Of a stretch of DNA of 64,000 nucleotides, positions 52,266-64,000 are shown one piece after another (the stretch's first letter is position 1; every line of letters begins with the position of its first letter). The DNA is from Lama guanicoe (lineage: Eukaryota). The notes beneath the pieces are model-generated. The model did not search any database, had not been told where the DNA came from, and saw nothing but the letters and a program-made list of their open reading frames with translations. The stretch lies in NCBI GenBank assembly GCA_013239625.1, contig MU053810.1:248001-312000 (forward strand), given 5' to 3'. A program made the position numbers and the translations under genes.

Positions 52266-55200
52266 CCAAAGACGATGTCACTGTGTTCCGTCACTAACCC
52301 TGAATAAACGGAGACAACTAGAAAGTCAGTAGGCTGCAAGCTCCAAATCTCCCGGAATTTTATATACATGATATTATTACAGGGACTCCAAACTGGTGTT
52401 TGCCCTGGCTTATTTTGAAAATTAGAGTGTATTTTAGGAAAGCGGTCATGGGCTGGCTACACCCCAGTTGTTGTTTATCAGTCTTGGGTTATTGTACTGC
52501 CACAACCTCTCCCAACGTTGCAGAGGTCTGTTTTCCTCTAAAAGGAAAGGAAACCATAAAATCAGAGCATGGGACTCAGAGCTTGTTTCCAACTGGACAA
52601 TTAACAGAGGAGGAAAGTGAAACCAAGAGTGAATAAAATGAAAACCACTAACAGAAAGATGCCCTACGTGAGAGGGAGCCAAAAAAACAAGACCAGAGTC
52701 CAAACTTTCCGGTAGGCAGTTGGGTGAAGACCAGTCTTTGCTGCTGGGGACCCCTGTTCGTTGTCAGAAAAAGAGGAGAACCCCCAGGGAACAGCCCTTC
52801 TCAAAAGCTGCTCTCAGTACCAGGGTCAGAGAACCCTGGTTCTCACCTGTCAGTGACAGAATCAGAAAAATAATACAGGAGAGGAAGCGTTTGGGGGGTT
52901 CTGGCTTTATTTTTTACTTAAAAGACTGTTCTTCCTTCTGAGATGATGCCTCCCTGTGTGTTTTATGATGTTAACTTCACTTCTTTTATGAAATGATTTT
53001 CATGATAGATTTCGTTGGTTCAGATGTACGTATACAAAGTAGCTGCTAAATTAACATTTCCAGAACAAGTGAACTGGAAGCTTGTGGGCACACAAGGAAC
53101 TGCCGACTGTGTGAGGCTCTGAGTACCATTTTTTCAATCTAGCAAGAGGGTGGATAATGCCTTTTGGCAAATACTTCAAAGAAGAGAGAGGTACCTTTGC
53201 TTGAGCCACAGTCTATTTCAGTGGTTACATCAGAACAAAAAGCCAGCCTCAGGCAGTCATGAGGGTGAGCCAGGGGGAAACACTTTTCCTACCATGAGCG
53301 CACCTCTCTCTCTCTCTCTCTCGTGTCACTGCTGTTGCTCCCATTTATGTTTGGAAACAAACAAGTCTACTGGAGACCACGCGAAAGTGGGCAGAGGGAC
53401 AAGTGAGGTCTTGCCTGAAAAGCGTGGTTGTCTTTGGTGCCAATCCCCTGGGGTGCAGGATGGCACCCTCCAGAGCCATGGACGTGAGATCATGGATGCG
53501 ATGGAGGGAACGCAGAGGGGAAACAGGACCTTTCTCTCTTGGACTAGTTGCTCATGTCCAGCATCTTCCTTCCACCTGGCAGGTGAGAGATGGTGGAAGC
53601 AACCTAAAAACTAGGAAGGCAGACCCCCAGGAGGGACCCACACGGACTGGACAGAAGCCCTGGGCTCTGGAGAGCAAAATACTGTGTATCCCTTGAAGGA
53701 CCTGGATTCATGGAACTCGCCACGTAGATTTCTGCCTTTGTGAGAGCCTAGTGCTGGGCAATCTCAGCAGTGCCAGCTGTAACCAAAGGAAGAGACACCC
53801 AGGAAAGCTTGTTTGCCTGTGTCTAGGCCCGGGTTTAAAGGGGCAGAAACAGGTGGTCACGATCCTCAGCATGAAACACTGAGCAGAACGTGACTCTGGG
53901 GCTGCAGAGGAGGCTGGGGCTCAGGCCTGTCTGTGCGGGGTCTTCTCTGGAACTCGCTTGGAGAGCAGGTGTTGTTTTCAGTCAAGGGGGTCAGATTTCC
54001 TACCCATGCAAAGTGCACCTTGACTGCATTCCTTCCTTAGTAGATTTCACTGGTATCTTACAAAAACATCCTGACGTCTTGAACATAGAGTCGGTCTTAT
54101 TTTAATTCTCTCGGGCTCTTTCTTTGACCACTTGGAGTCCTGGAAGATGGCAGCCATCATGGCCACCCCTAGCCTCCCCAGGCCCCGTCCTGCTACTTCC
54201 TTCCCAAGTTACACAGGCCCTGGATGACAGCTTTCTACCCAGCTGGCCCCAGACAATTCTGGTAGGACCAGGCTTCAAGAGGAAGTGTTAAGGCCAGCAC
54301 ATTCAGGCCATGTGACTGTCAGTCATTTACGTGTATGGATTCAAAACCATCCAGGCATTTCACAAAGGGTGAAAAACAGTTACAAATGAAAACAAATCTT
54401 TCTTGCTAAAAGTCACCCCCCAGAATGCACTGCATCTCTCTCTGGGGGCTGAGACCCTCCTTACAAGGCACCCTGTAAGGTAACAGTGTGTTGAGAATTT
54501 AAAGTCCACACAGGGCAAATTCTGGACGCCTCTGCTGTGTAAGAGAAATTCTCCTTTTCCAAGGCTTAAGACTATACATTTTTAATCCCCTGACTCACAT
54601 TTAAGTGTGAACATACCTCTGAGAAGCCTATAGGGCAGACAACTTCGGGTGGAGTCGGGTGCTAGGATCACAGAGGACGCCCCCTTTTCTGGGCACAGCT
54701 CCTGAAACACCAAGATGGCACCCCAAGGGTCACGTTTCTACCATGTCAGTCTGACCATGTCTGCTTGACCCAAGGACAACTCTTGACCCAAGACAGGCCT
54801 CTGCTGTCCCTGGAATCTGATATTTGGAAAAGAGAAGGGAAAGACGGAGTGAGGGAGGGAAGGAAGGAGGGAGAGATGGAGAGACAGACAGACAGACATG
54901 GAGGTGTGGGGGGTGAGACCTGAGGTTGGGTTATACCAATGGTCACACCCTAGAAAGATGATCTTGAAAACCTAGGATGACATTCCAGGAACGGACCTGA
55001 TTGTCTCTCCAGGAGAATCTTGGTTGTTCACTTTTCCCTTGGGTTAGCTCAGATAAACCAGGGTTCTCATAATAAACACCTTTCACTTAAGCCAACTGGA
55101 GCTGGTTTTCTTTAAACTCATACAGAAACGTTCCAGGTCTGTGCTAGGCTGCTATTACAGAAAAACGGAGTAGAAGCAATTTAAGGCTATTTAAAATATT

Positions 55201-55679
55201 TTTCAAAATGTTGGGCTAGATTTTCATATTGGTTTGGTGGGAGGAACCCGCTGAGTTCTTCATCCACATGGACCATGCACGAGTCCTGGGGGTGATGGAG
55301 ACTCACGAACGCTCCTGTCTGAAGTGCTGTCTCCAGGAGACCACGTGGCAGAGAGTGGACCCTCGCCAAACTCCTCTTGTTTCAAAAGGCTGAAGGGAGC
55401 TGATGGAGGCTGATCCACCACAGCTGATCCTCAGGGCAAACTCGCGCCAGCCCTGCTTCAGAGCACCCTGCCCGAGGGAGGAGACACTCTCTTGAGCAGG
55501 ACAGACGCTGCTGCCCTGAAATCTCCAGTGAGGCCTCAGGATGGCCCAGAGGGCAGGTCACTGGTGACCGGCCACGCGGCCCAGGCTAACCTCAGTGCCC
55601 ACACAGGCTCTGCACTTGGTCACCATGTTAGAGAAGCCACGGCAAGGCCAGGATGGAGCGTTCAGCCTGAGACCACCAA

Positions 55680-55850
55680 GTCAGCGCTTTTCAAAGCATG
55701 GCCTCTGGTCCAGCGGGACCAGCACCACTGGGGTAACAGAAATTCAAATCTGGGGCCCTAGTATCTGGGCTGGACCCCAAAGTATGTGTTTACTTTTAGG
55801 GTTAGGCCCCTAGCTAATTCTGATGCCTCTTAAATTTTAGGAACTGCCAG
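55680..55850. mobile_element. MER5A-like DNA transposon
   Basis: cagcgcttttcaaagcatggcc...gaccagcacc...agaaattcaaatctgggg...taattctgatgc. Confidence 0.6.
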
Positions 55851-56321
55851 CTTAAATGTCCAGTTAGTTCCAAGAAAGACTGGCTAAGCTGTGAAGAGTT
55901 CATCAGCAAAAGTTTATCCTCATTTGCCCTCCGCGTAGGGAAAGGGCATATTTGGTCTGAATATCAGCTCCCAGCCTGATGACCAAACCGAGCTGACCAA
56001 GAGTCCCCAAAATTTACTGGTAGTCTTTTCAAGTTATGTGTGATTTTCTTTATTTCAGTTGGTTAGTTTTCTTTCTTTTTTTTTAATCCAGAAACTGTAA
56101 CACATGTTTGTATTAGGAGGCAATATGATACACCAAAAAAAGGCCTAGATTCTAGAGAAACCTAGATTTTAATCTCAGCTTGGGCAAGCTACTGAAACTT
56201 TCTGAGTCTCAGTTTCCTCATCAGTCAAACAAAGATTCAATACCTGCCTTGTGCTGTGGTTGTAGAGTCAGGAGATAAATATGCACAGCAACAGGAGTAT
56301 GTATGCTCAACAGTGGATACG

Positions 56322-56558
56322 CCACCATGATCATCACCACCACCACCACCATCACCACCATCAACTTCATCATCACCACTACCAACATCAGCATCACCAC
56401 CACCACCCTCACCATCATCAGCAGCACCACACCATCATCACCATCCTTATCATCATCACCACCACCACCATCATCACCACCATCATCATCATCACCACCA
56501 TCTTCATCACCACTACCATCCTCATCATCACCAGCACAATCATCACTATCATCCTCAT
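56322..56558. repeat. (CAC/CAT)n imperfect trinucleotide tract following a MIR (~56110-56300)
   Basis: Direct reading; source of the poly-His/Thr/Asp ORFs. Confidence 0.9.
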
Positions 56559-57493
56559 CTCCAAGTCCTTTCATATGTATGCTTACTTCTTGAACAACAG
56601 CCTCTATGGCTTTGGGTGAAGGAAATCCATTTTTTTCTTCCCGGAGATGCTACATATTACTTATCCTTCATAATTACTTAAAATGTATTGCCACTTTTCC
56701 AAATAAGAGCCATATACCTAGTAGGAGCCTCTTCCCCTTGTTACCTTTTTATTTACTTACATAAATCATAGGGTTCAGTATTGTTTTAAGAATCTACACT
56801 ACCAAGGTAGTAACCCGAACCTGAGCTATCCGAGTCCAGCTTTCCACTCTCCAAGCATGCAAAGACAAGAAGGAAAACAGGTGCTCCCGGGAGTGCAGAA
56901 ATTGTTTCCACAGAAATCACGTGGACACTGCCTGCGTGCTGACAGCTACTTTGCCATCATAATGTTCTGATTACTGTAAATCTGCTTAGTACAATCACAC
57001 TCATGCAGTCCTCAAAAAAATAAAAACTCGAAGTGGAAATGCTATCTGAATGCGAAAGACCTGGAACATAGTATAGTAGGAGTATGGAGTCTAGTAGGAA
57101 TCCAAAGAGACTCAAATTGAATCAGTCATTGACAACATCAGATAAAAATCTAAGGATTTTATTGAGAAACACCATCATCTTTGCTGTTGATCTTCAAACA
57201 CATCTGGAAATGGGATAAGCTGTTTTAACAAAGGCAAGTACCAAACTGTATGTTTGCCAGAACAATTTCTTGTATGATGCCAAGGGAAAAACAACTCAGA
57301 TAATTAGAGCCATCAAATTAAAGAGCCACTGAGATATCAGCTCATCTGTTCCCCCTCCAGGTAGAGCTGTCACTGTCCCAGTATAGGCAATATTTTCTAA
57401 GATCTCCAAATAACATACTGTATTCCAGTATTAGATAATCTTCCCCTAGCAAGACATTGTTTTTCATCCAACTTAAATTTCCTTTATGACTTC

Positions 57494-57993
57494 TGAAGGA
57501 GTTCAGGAACATGCTGCCCCAAAATATGTCTCTTAAGCATATTGAAAATTGAGTTAAAAACAGCAAATATAAGAAAACCACACTGAACCACCTTATTTTT
57601 CTTAGGAGCAGGAGATGAATTTCCCATTATGAAAGATGTCTCCTTCCTGTACTGGAAAGAAAACTATTTTTATCATTAAGGACTAGAAGCGGAGACTAAG
57701 AGAACACTACACAGGGAGACTTTGTTAAAATAATGATTACCTTCCTTTTAGTTTCCCCACATAGTTTCATCACTTTTCAAGGACTGCCTTTCTTTGTTCA
57801 ACCTGAACAACAGCCATTCATTTTTGCCATATCTATAGGACTTCACTCCTTGGGAAGGTTCTTGTGTGGCGTAAAGCTTTTATTAAATAAATCTGTATAC
57901 TTTTGTCCTCTTGATCCATCTGATGTCATTTTAATTCTTAGGTCCAGCCCCAAAAAGCCCTAAGGGGGTAAAAGTCCGCCTGCCTCCCCTACA
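57494..57993 (+). mobile_element. Solo ERV1 LTR (MER34/MER39-like), 500 bp
   Basis: tgaaggagttcaggaacatgctgccccaaaatatg...ttattaaataaa...cctcccctaca; 4-bp TSD CTTC/CCTC. Confidence 0.75.
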
Positions 57994-58674
57994 CCTCTGT
58001 GTCCTCACGTCCCACGTCCTGATCTTTCTCAGCCATTGAGTAGGGAGCTGTGGTTGTTAATTTCTCTGGGACTCATTATCTTCACTATAAAAATAAAAGA
58101 GATGGATTGCTAGGGCTAGTAATGTTAGGATTCTAAATATTCAAGGACTTAGAAACAGCACAGTGCCCTCACAGAGTGCTGGCCACTCAAATACAATAAT
58201 ATACGTTAACGGATGCCAATTGTCACATTTCTCCAGGTAAAATAATACCAGTTCCTTCTGGCTCTCCTCCCAGAACCTAATTTCCAGGCTCTGGCCATTT
58301 CTGCGGCTCTTGGTGGCATCTTCCCGAGCACCCCCACCTCCTTCTCGGGCTGGTACCCGGATAATGTGACACATATTCCATGACACCTGTTTTCCTCTCT
58401 TCCTAGTGGGGCTTATATGACAGTCGTTTTGCTGGGATTTTCATTCTAGTACCAAGTGAAACTGAGCTGACTAACAAGCCCTGTTTGAACAGTAAGGCTT
58501 TTGCCTGACAGTACTTTTCCCACTGTCATCTGAATCCAAGTTCCCAGAAAACTTAACTGCAGCTACTTTCAACATGTGCAGAGTCACTAGCTTTTCCACC
58601 AAATACTGCAACCCAGGGTGGGCCTCAGCAGGCGCCAGTCTTTTACTGATGTGATATACATATTCCTACATATT

Positions 58675-59715
58675 TTTGTTTTATGTTTTTTATGTTTATT
58701 TTTTACTAAAGTGTAATTGATTTATAGTGTTAGTTTCAGGTGTACAGTGAGCAATTCAGTTATACATATACATACAGATACATTTTTTTCTTTTCAGATT
58801 CTTTTCCATTATATGTTATTATAAGAAATTAAATATAATTCTCTGTGCCCTGCAGTAGGTCCTTGTGGTTTATCTATTTTATATGTGGTAGTGTGTATCT
58901 GTTAATCCCAAACTCCTAATTTATCCCTCTGCTACCCATCCATGTTGCTGTAAATGGCATTATTTCATTCTTTTTTATGGCTGAGTAATAGTCCATTGTG
59001 TATATATACCACATCTTCTTTATCTAGCCATCTGTCGATGGACATATAGGTTGTTCCATGTCTTGGCTATTGTAAATAGTGCTGCTGTGAACATTGGGGT
59101 GCAGGTGTCCTTTTGAAGTAGGGTTCCTTCTGGATATATGCCCAGGGCCGGGATTCCTGGGTCACATGGTAAGTCTATTCCTAGTCTTTTGAGGAATCTC
59201 CATACTGTTTTCCAAAGTGGCTGCACCAAACTACATTCCCACCAGCAGTGTAGGAGGGTTCCCTTTTCTCCACATCCTTTCCAGCATTTATTATTTGTAG
59301 ACTTTTTAATGATATTCATTCTGACTGGTGTGAGGTGTTATCTCATAGTTTTCATTTGCATTTCTCTGATAATTAGCGATATTGAGCATCTTTTCTTATG
59401 CCTGTTGGCCATCTGGATGTCTTCTTTGGAGAAATGTCTATATAGGTCTTCTGCCTATTTTTTTGACTGGGTTGTTTGGGTTTTTGTTTTTTTTTATATT
59501 AAGCTATATGAGCTGTTTGTATATTTTGGAGATGAGTCCTTTGTCAGTCGTGTCATCTTCAAATATTTTCTCCCATTCTGTAGGTTGCCTTGTGGTTTTG
59601 TTCATGGTTTCCTTTGCTGTGTAAAAACTTTTAAGCTTAATTGGGTCCCATTTGTTTATTTTTGCTTTTATTTCCATTACTTTAGGAGCTGGTTCAAAAA
59701 GAACACTGCTGCAGT
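58675..59715 (-). mobile_element. L1 3' ~1 kb including the ORF2 Cys-rich C-terminus, frameshifted and with an internal deletion near 58935
   Basis: ORFs 59504-59797 ([25 protein letters not shown]) and 59020-59319 ([36 protein letters not shown]). Confidence 0.9.
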
Positions 59716-59866
59716 TGAAATATATATAAATATGTATTTTTAATGTATATTTTAGTCTAACTGCATTGGTACAACTAGATTTCCAATTCAGAAACATCTG
59801 TTAGTTAAATTACCTACAGATCACGTTGATGAGCAAATTGTAGCCTTAAGAATTATCTAGAGACAG

Positions 59867-60014
59867 TGTATAGCACAGGGAAACATGCTCAATAACCCGT
59901 AATAACCTATAATGAAAAAGAATATACATATGCATGTAGAACTGAATCACTATGCTGTACACCAGAAACTAACACAACATTGTAAGTCAACTATACGCCA
60001 ATTAAAAAAAAAAA
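59867..60014 (+). mobile_element. Short L1 3' end
   Basis: gtatagcacagggaa...gaatcactatgctgtacaccagaaactaacacaacattgta with poly(A); 16-bp TSD AATTATCTAGAGACAG (59851-59866 and 60017-60032). Confidence 0.85.
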
Positions 60015-60249
60015 GCAATTATCTAGAGACAGGAGCCATCTGGTTCATAGTCAGGTTTGGATGACTAACCCTTCAGGATACCCCTCTCTGGGGAATTCTG
60101 GCTCTGCCTGAAGACCCTTTGTGGTTTCACAGGGCAACCTTTGCCTCCAGAGAAGAGATGGGACCACTGGATCCTCTGCTTAAGGAAAAAATGCCCAAGA
60201 AAGACACAGGAGAAACGCTCAGAGTAGATACTTTTTAAAATGACCACAC

Positions 60250-60397
60250 CAAGTGAGAACACAGCAAAAAGGTGCCGTCTGTGAACCGGGAAGCAGCATC
60301 TTGATCTTGCATTTCCAGCCTCCAGAACTGTAAGAAATGAATTTCTGTACACTACCCCTGCTACTCTGGTGTTACAGCAGCTGAGCGGACTGAGACA
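60250..60397 (+). mobile_element. MaLR LTR 3' fragment (MLT1A-like)
   Basis: cttgatcttgcatttccagcctccagaactgtaagaaatgaatttctg...ttacagcagc...gactgagaca. Confidence 0.7.
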
Positions 60398-61199
60398 GCA
60401 GGCAAAGGTACTCAAAACATGCCATCATTAAGCCATGTATTTTAAGAAGAGAATGTTGGTCAACAACAGGGTCTAGTGTTCCAGACAAATCAAGGCGATC
60501 TATGCTCTGAAAAGGCTATGACATTTGCCAACTCAAAATTAATGGGGGCTCTTTGAGGAAACCACACCAGTACCACCACTGGGCTGTTAAGTGACTTGAA
60601 GATACAGGACATACAGCAGTTGATGAAGAAATAGTTTAAAGATGTCTGGTAGGAAAAGAAGGCAAGAGGAAGGAAAGAAAAGAAAAGTGAGGAAGGATGG
60701 AGAAAACAAGGGGGCATTCTGAAGCCATCAGAAACTACGGGTGAAACCACCGTTTGAGAAGTCAGAACTTCAGAGAAGCACTCCTCCCACTGCATGCTGT
60801 CAATAACATTAAGTGTTGGCATCCTTTGGTCCATCCTAAAAGCCCAGACTAATTAGGACCCACCTTAGGGGCTGGAATTTTTGTCCTAATGAGTGTAATG
60901 CATCCGGGCGGCACTAACCAGAACACACCATCATGACAGCCAGTCTCTTCATCCATGAGAACAGATGCATTCTCTGCATCAGGGTGAAAACAGCCTATCA
61001 CGCCCTCCCTCTCTCCTACCCCGCCCCAGCCACAGGCACCACTCACTGAAACAAGCAACTTTCTTTTGCATAAATGCTGCAGGCCCATGGCCTCGTGTGT
61101 CTCGGGCCTCGGGGGTCATATTAGTTAATTCTGTCACGAGATATCCTGTTGGAAGGAAAGAGAGATGTCCAATAAACAGCACTGTGTCCTGCCCTTTTT

Positions 61200-61950
61200 C
61201 TTCACCGCTGTACCTCTGCTAACGCTCCCAGCACTTTTCCCATCACTCAGGCTTGCAAACTGGCGTCTGTCATCCCTCACTTCCCGTTACTAGCAGAGTT
61301 CCATTGATTCTTTTTCCTTAGTGTCTCAGGTGAGGTCCGTGTGGTTGTTGAGGGCTCCTCCCCTCCAGCCAAGACTTTCACAACCACATCTCAGGTGGTC
61401 CTCAGTCTCTCTTCTGACACGGCTCTAACCCACCTTCATACTGAGCACCGTCCCAGGAGTCCCCCTCCGTCTTCCCAACGTTCCCTCCCAACCCTCCTCT
61501 ATGCAAAACTCTTCGGTTGCCCCACTGCCTAGCAGATGAAGCACAAACCCTTTAATCTCACAGGTAAGCATCGCTGTGCTCTGAGCTATCATCGCTGCTC
61601 CTTTTTACCTGCATCTTCTCAAATGCTCCAGCCACACTTCCAGGCTCAGCCCCACTTCATCTCTTTCTGTCCATAACTGTTCTAGCTGTTCCATCTGCTG
61701 AAATGTTTCCCCTTCCCCCTGCTTCCACCCACGAAAAGCCTACCCGTCCTTCAAGGTCACCCAAATACCACCTTCTTCTGACTCCCCCAGTGGCTATGAT
61801 CAGTCCCGCCTCTGAACCTCTCTGCCCACCATCTGTGCGGCTCCTACAGAACACTGGGCCACTCGTACGCACACTGGTTGGGTCCTCTGGGAAGCCACCA
61901 TCAGCTCCTTGAGGCATGGACTGGATTTTGTTAATTATTGAAAGCATGTA
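61200..61950. mobile_element. Degraded L2 LINE
   Basis: gctgttccatctgctgaaatg...cccgtccttcaaggtcac...agctccttgaggc. Confidence 0.5.
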
Positions 61951-62633
61951 TACAGTGATGCTCAGACTCAAGAAATGCAATCTATTAATTCAGCTCAAAA
62001 TTAGTGCCAGTTTCTTTACAGGGGGTAGTTAAGTCATCGAAATTTCAGAGCCATTGACAGCATCTTTTCATTTTTTAAATTCTGGAAAAGCTATAAACAA
62101 GAGAGGAAAATCTCAACCAGAGCTATTTTAAACAACAGGGGTATGTCTTTGGTATGCCATTCAAACATCTCCCTCTGTGGTCTCCATTTTAAGAGAGTGT
62201 CAGGTGTCCCATCTGATAAGAACCACCCACAAAACTGACAATTCTGTCCCAGTTCTGTGAGGGATTTAATGTATTCTATCAAAAAAAATTTTTTAATTTT
62301 CAGTTCTTTAGTGCTGACTTCCAACCTTGAAATGGATACAAATGTGTCACTCAACATTTCTTGTTAGGATACACGTGCTTGTGTTTTCAAAATACTTGAA
62401 GATTCTGTTCACTCAAGGAAATAAAGCATTTTGATTTTATCTTTTAGAGGGAAGAGAATACACATTGTCTTCCTCAATCTTTCCTCTTGTGACACTGGTG
62501 TAATTCAAGTCAACAAAAACATATGAATCACCTACTCTGTGGCAGGATCTTGTCAGGCACTAGAAACACACATGGATCTCAGCCATCATCCCTGCCTCCA
62601 GAAGCTTTTGACACAGTGGGAAAGAAAGACAAG

Positions 62634-62715
62634 GAGGGGGTGTGGTTGTAGCTCAGCATGCGGGAGGTCCTGGGTTCAATCCCCAGTACCTCCATTAAAA
62701 AATATTTTTTTAAAG
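62634..62715 (+). mobile_element. Vic-1-type SINE with internal deletion
   Basis: gtagctcagcatgcgggaggtcctgggttcaatccccagtacctccattaaaa; flanks aagaaagacaa/aagaaaaggacaa. Confidence 0.8.
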
Positions 62716-62829
62716 AAAAGGACAATTACTCCAAATTGTGACAAGCAGTACAAGGGAGGAGAATGTTCGACGTTACTGGAGCACACAGGAGGGGCAGCTA
62801 AATGCTTTCTGAAGAAGAGTTTCCTAGAT

Positions 62830-62975
62830 CAGTGTTTCTCAAAGGTAAATGTGCAGATACATCACCTGGGATCCAGCTACATGGCACATTCTAATACACT
62901 AGGCCTGGGCTGGGCCTGAGAGTCTGCATTTCCAACAAGCTCCCTGGACTTGCCGCTGATCTGCGGACCACATGC
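62830..62975. mobile_element. MER5A-like DNA transposon
   Basis: cagtgtttctcaaagg...atcacctggg...gagagtctgcatttccaacaagctccc. Confidence 0.7.
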
Positions 62976-64000
62976 TGGGTGTAAGGGTGCGCGGAAGACA
63001 GACCCCAGCCAGTCCAGATCAGTCCTGGGAAGTGCATTCCAGGCAGAGGAGATGATGTGAACACAGCCAGAGGCGAGACCATAGCACTAACATCTCAAAG
63101 AGGCAAATGAAAGGGGTTGATGGTTGGGGGGGGAGCAAATCAAAGACCGGAAAGATACTGATAACCTTGGGAGCGCCCTGTCACCTTCTTAAAAAGATTT
63201 AAAAGCTTTCCAACTCAGAGTAATTATATGAGGACAAATCTAAATGATTTAGAAGTCTGAGCTATAAAATATCTTTAAAAGGAGTTATTTCAAGTACTTG
63301 TAGAATCTTGAACTCACAGCTACCCAGGATCACCGTCCCATCTCTTTAGGTGACAAGGTAATTACTGACACTGGGATCAAGAACTCAAAAATATTCACTT
63401 TCCTGGCAGATTTTATAATAACTTCATAAGAGTTTCTTATTCTTTCAGATGCTCATCACACAATTTTTAAGAGTAGTAGAAAAGAGAAATTTCATCTGAA
63501 CTTGTATCCTGAGTAAACCACGTTCAAAATAGCAAAACTTTACATAAAAAATGTAGTACATGGTATCATTCAAAAAAAGATGCAATGAAAATTTTTGAGT
63601 GATATACTGATATTAGGGGTTATTTCGCTGAGAAATTACGGTTTCTGCAAGTGAGGGAATGAGGCTTGTTACTGCAAAAGAAGAGTGCACGCACATGCCG
63701 ACTGAACTCCCCCTCAGGAGAAGACAGGAATCTGAAATCTCTACTCTTCAGAGTGTCACTGCCATCTGTTCCTCTGACTCACCAACAATATTGTGAAAAT
63801 ATTCGGGCACATTTCTTGTGCCAGTAGTTTCTTCAGAACAAGTCTCCACTTGGAAGTTTGTAATATGCTTCTCGACACGATGATCTTTATAAAGAAAAAA
63901 GCCACCTGTTCTAAAGGGTTTCTTAAAAGAGGAATATCATCTTTTGGGAGAAGTTATATTGACTGAAGAAGAATGGGCTGAATAGTAAGAGTAACAAACA

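Noticed and set aside
55796..55806. TTAGGGTTAGG inside a MER5A-like element
   Set aside because: Only 11 nt with no tail or TSD; roughly 0.2 such matches are expected by chance in 64 kb under uniform base composition.
56221..56619. His-, Thr/Ser- and Asp/Gly-rich ORFs of 96-117 aa
   Set aside because: They are translations of a (CAC/CAT)n simple repeat next to a MIR, open in several frames for compositional reasons.
59138..59743. 201-aa + strand ORF
   Set aside because: Antisense reading of an L1 ORF2 remnant.
1..64000. Prokaryotic-type systems (CRISPR array, operon, defence island)
   Set aside because: No repeat-spacer arrays or gene-dense ORFs; the sequence is mammalian and repeat-rich.

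Overview
Mammalian genomic DNA with no protein-coding exon or RNA gene that I can support. tRNA-derived SINEs of the Vic-1 type and short L1 3' ends resembling the L1_Vpa families suggest a camelid (recognised from memory, not searched). The window is dominated by interspersed repeats: ancient L3/CR1, L2 and MIR; old and young L1; solo ERV1 and MaLR LTRs; and Tigger1, MER5, MER58 and MER45-like DNA transposons. Nearly all listed ORFs are chance or repeat-derived. L1 and LTR copies are mostly + oriented, which hints at an intron of an unidentified minus-strand gene. Most notable: (1) a 35-bp insertion of (TTAGGG)n plus an A-rich tail with a perfect 16-bp target-site duplication (TSD) at an L1-endonuclease site, consistent with a retrocopied telomeric-repeat RNA; (2) this is nested in a 305-bp 3'UTR-like insertion with a 17-bp TSD; (3) a near-identical 1,110-bp copy of 36150-37259 sits inside an L1 3.3 kb upstream, flanked by a 41-bp duplication. 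Repeat family names come from visual recognition, and boundaries are approximate unless a TSD is given. I found no multi-gene novel system.
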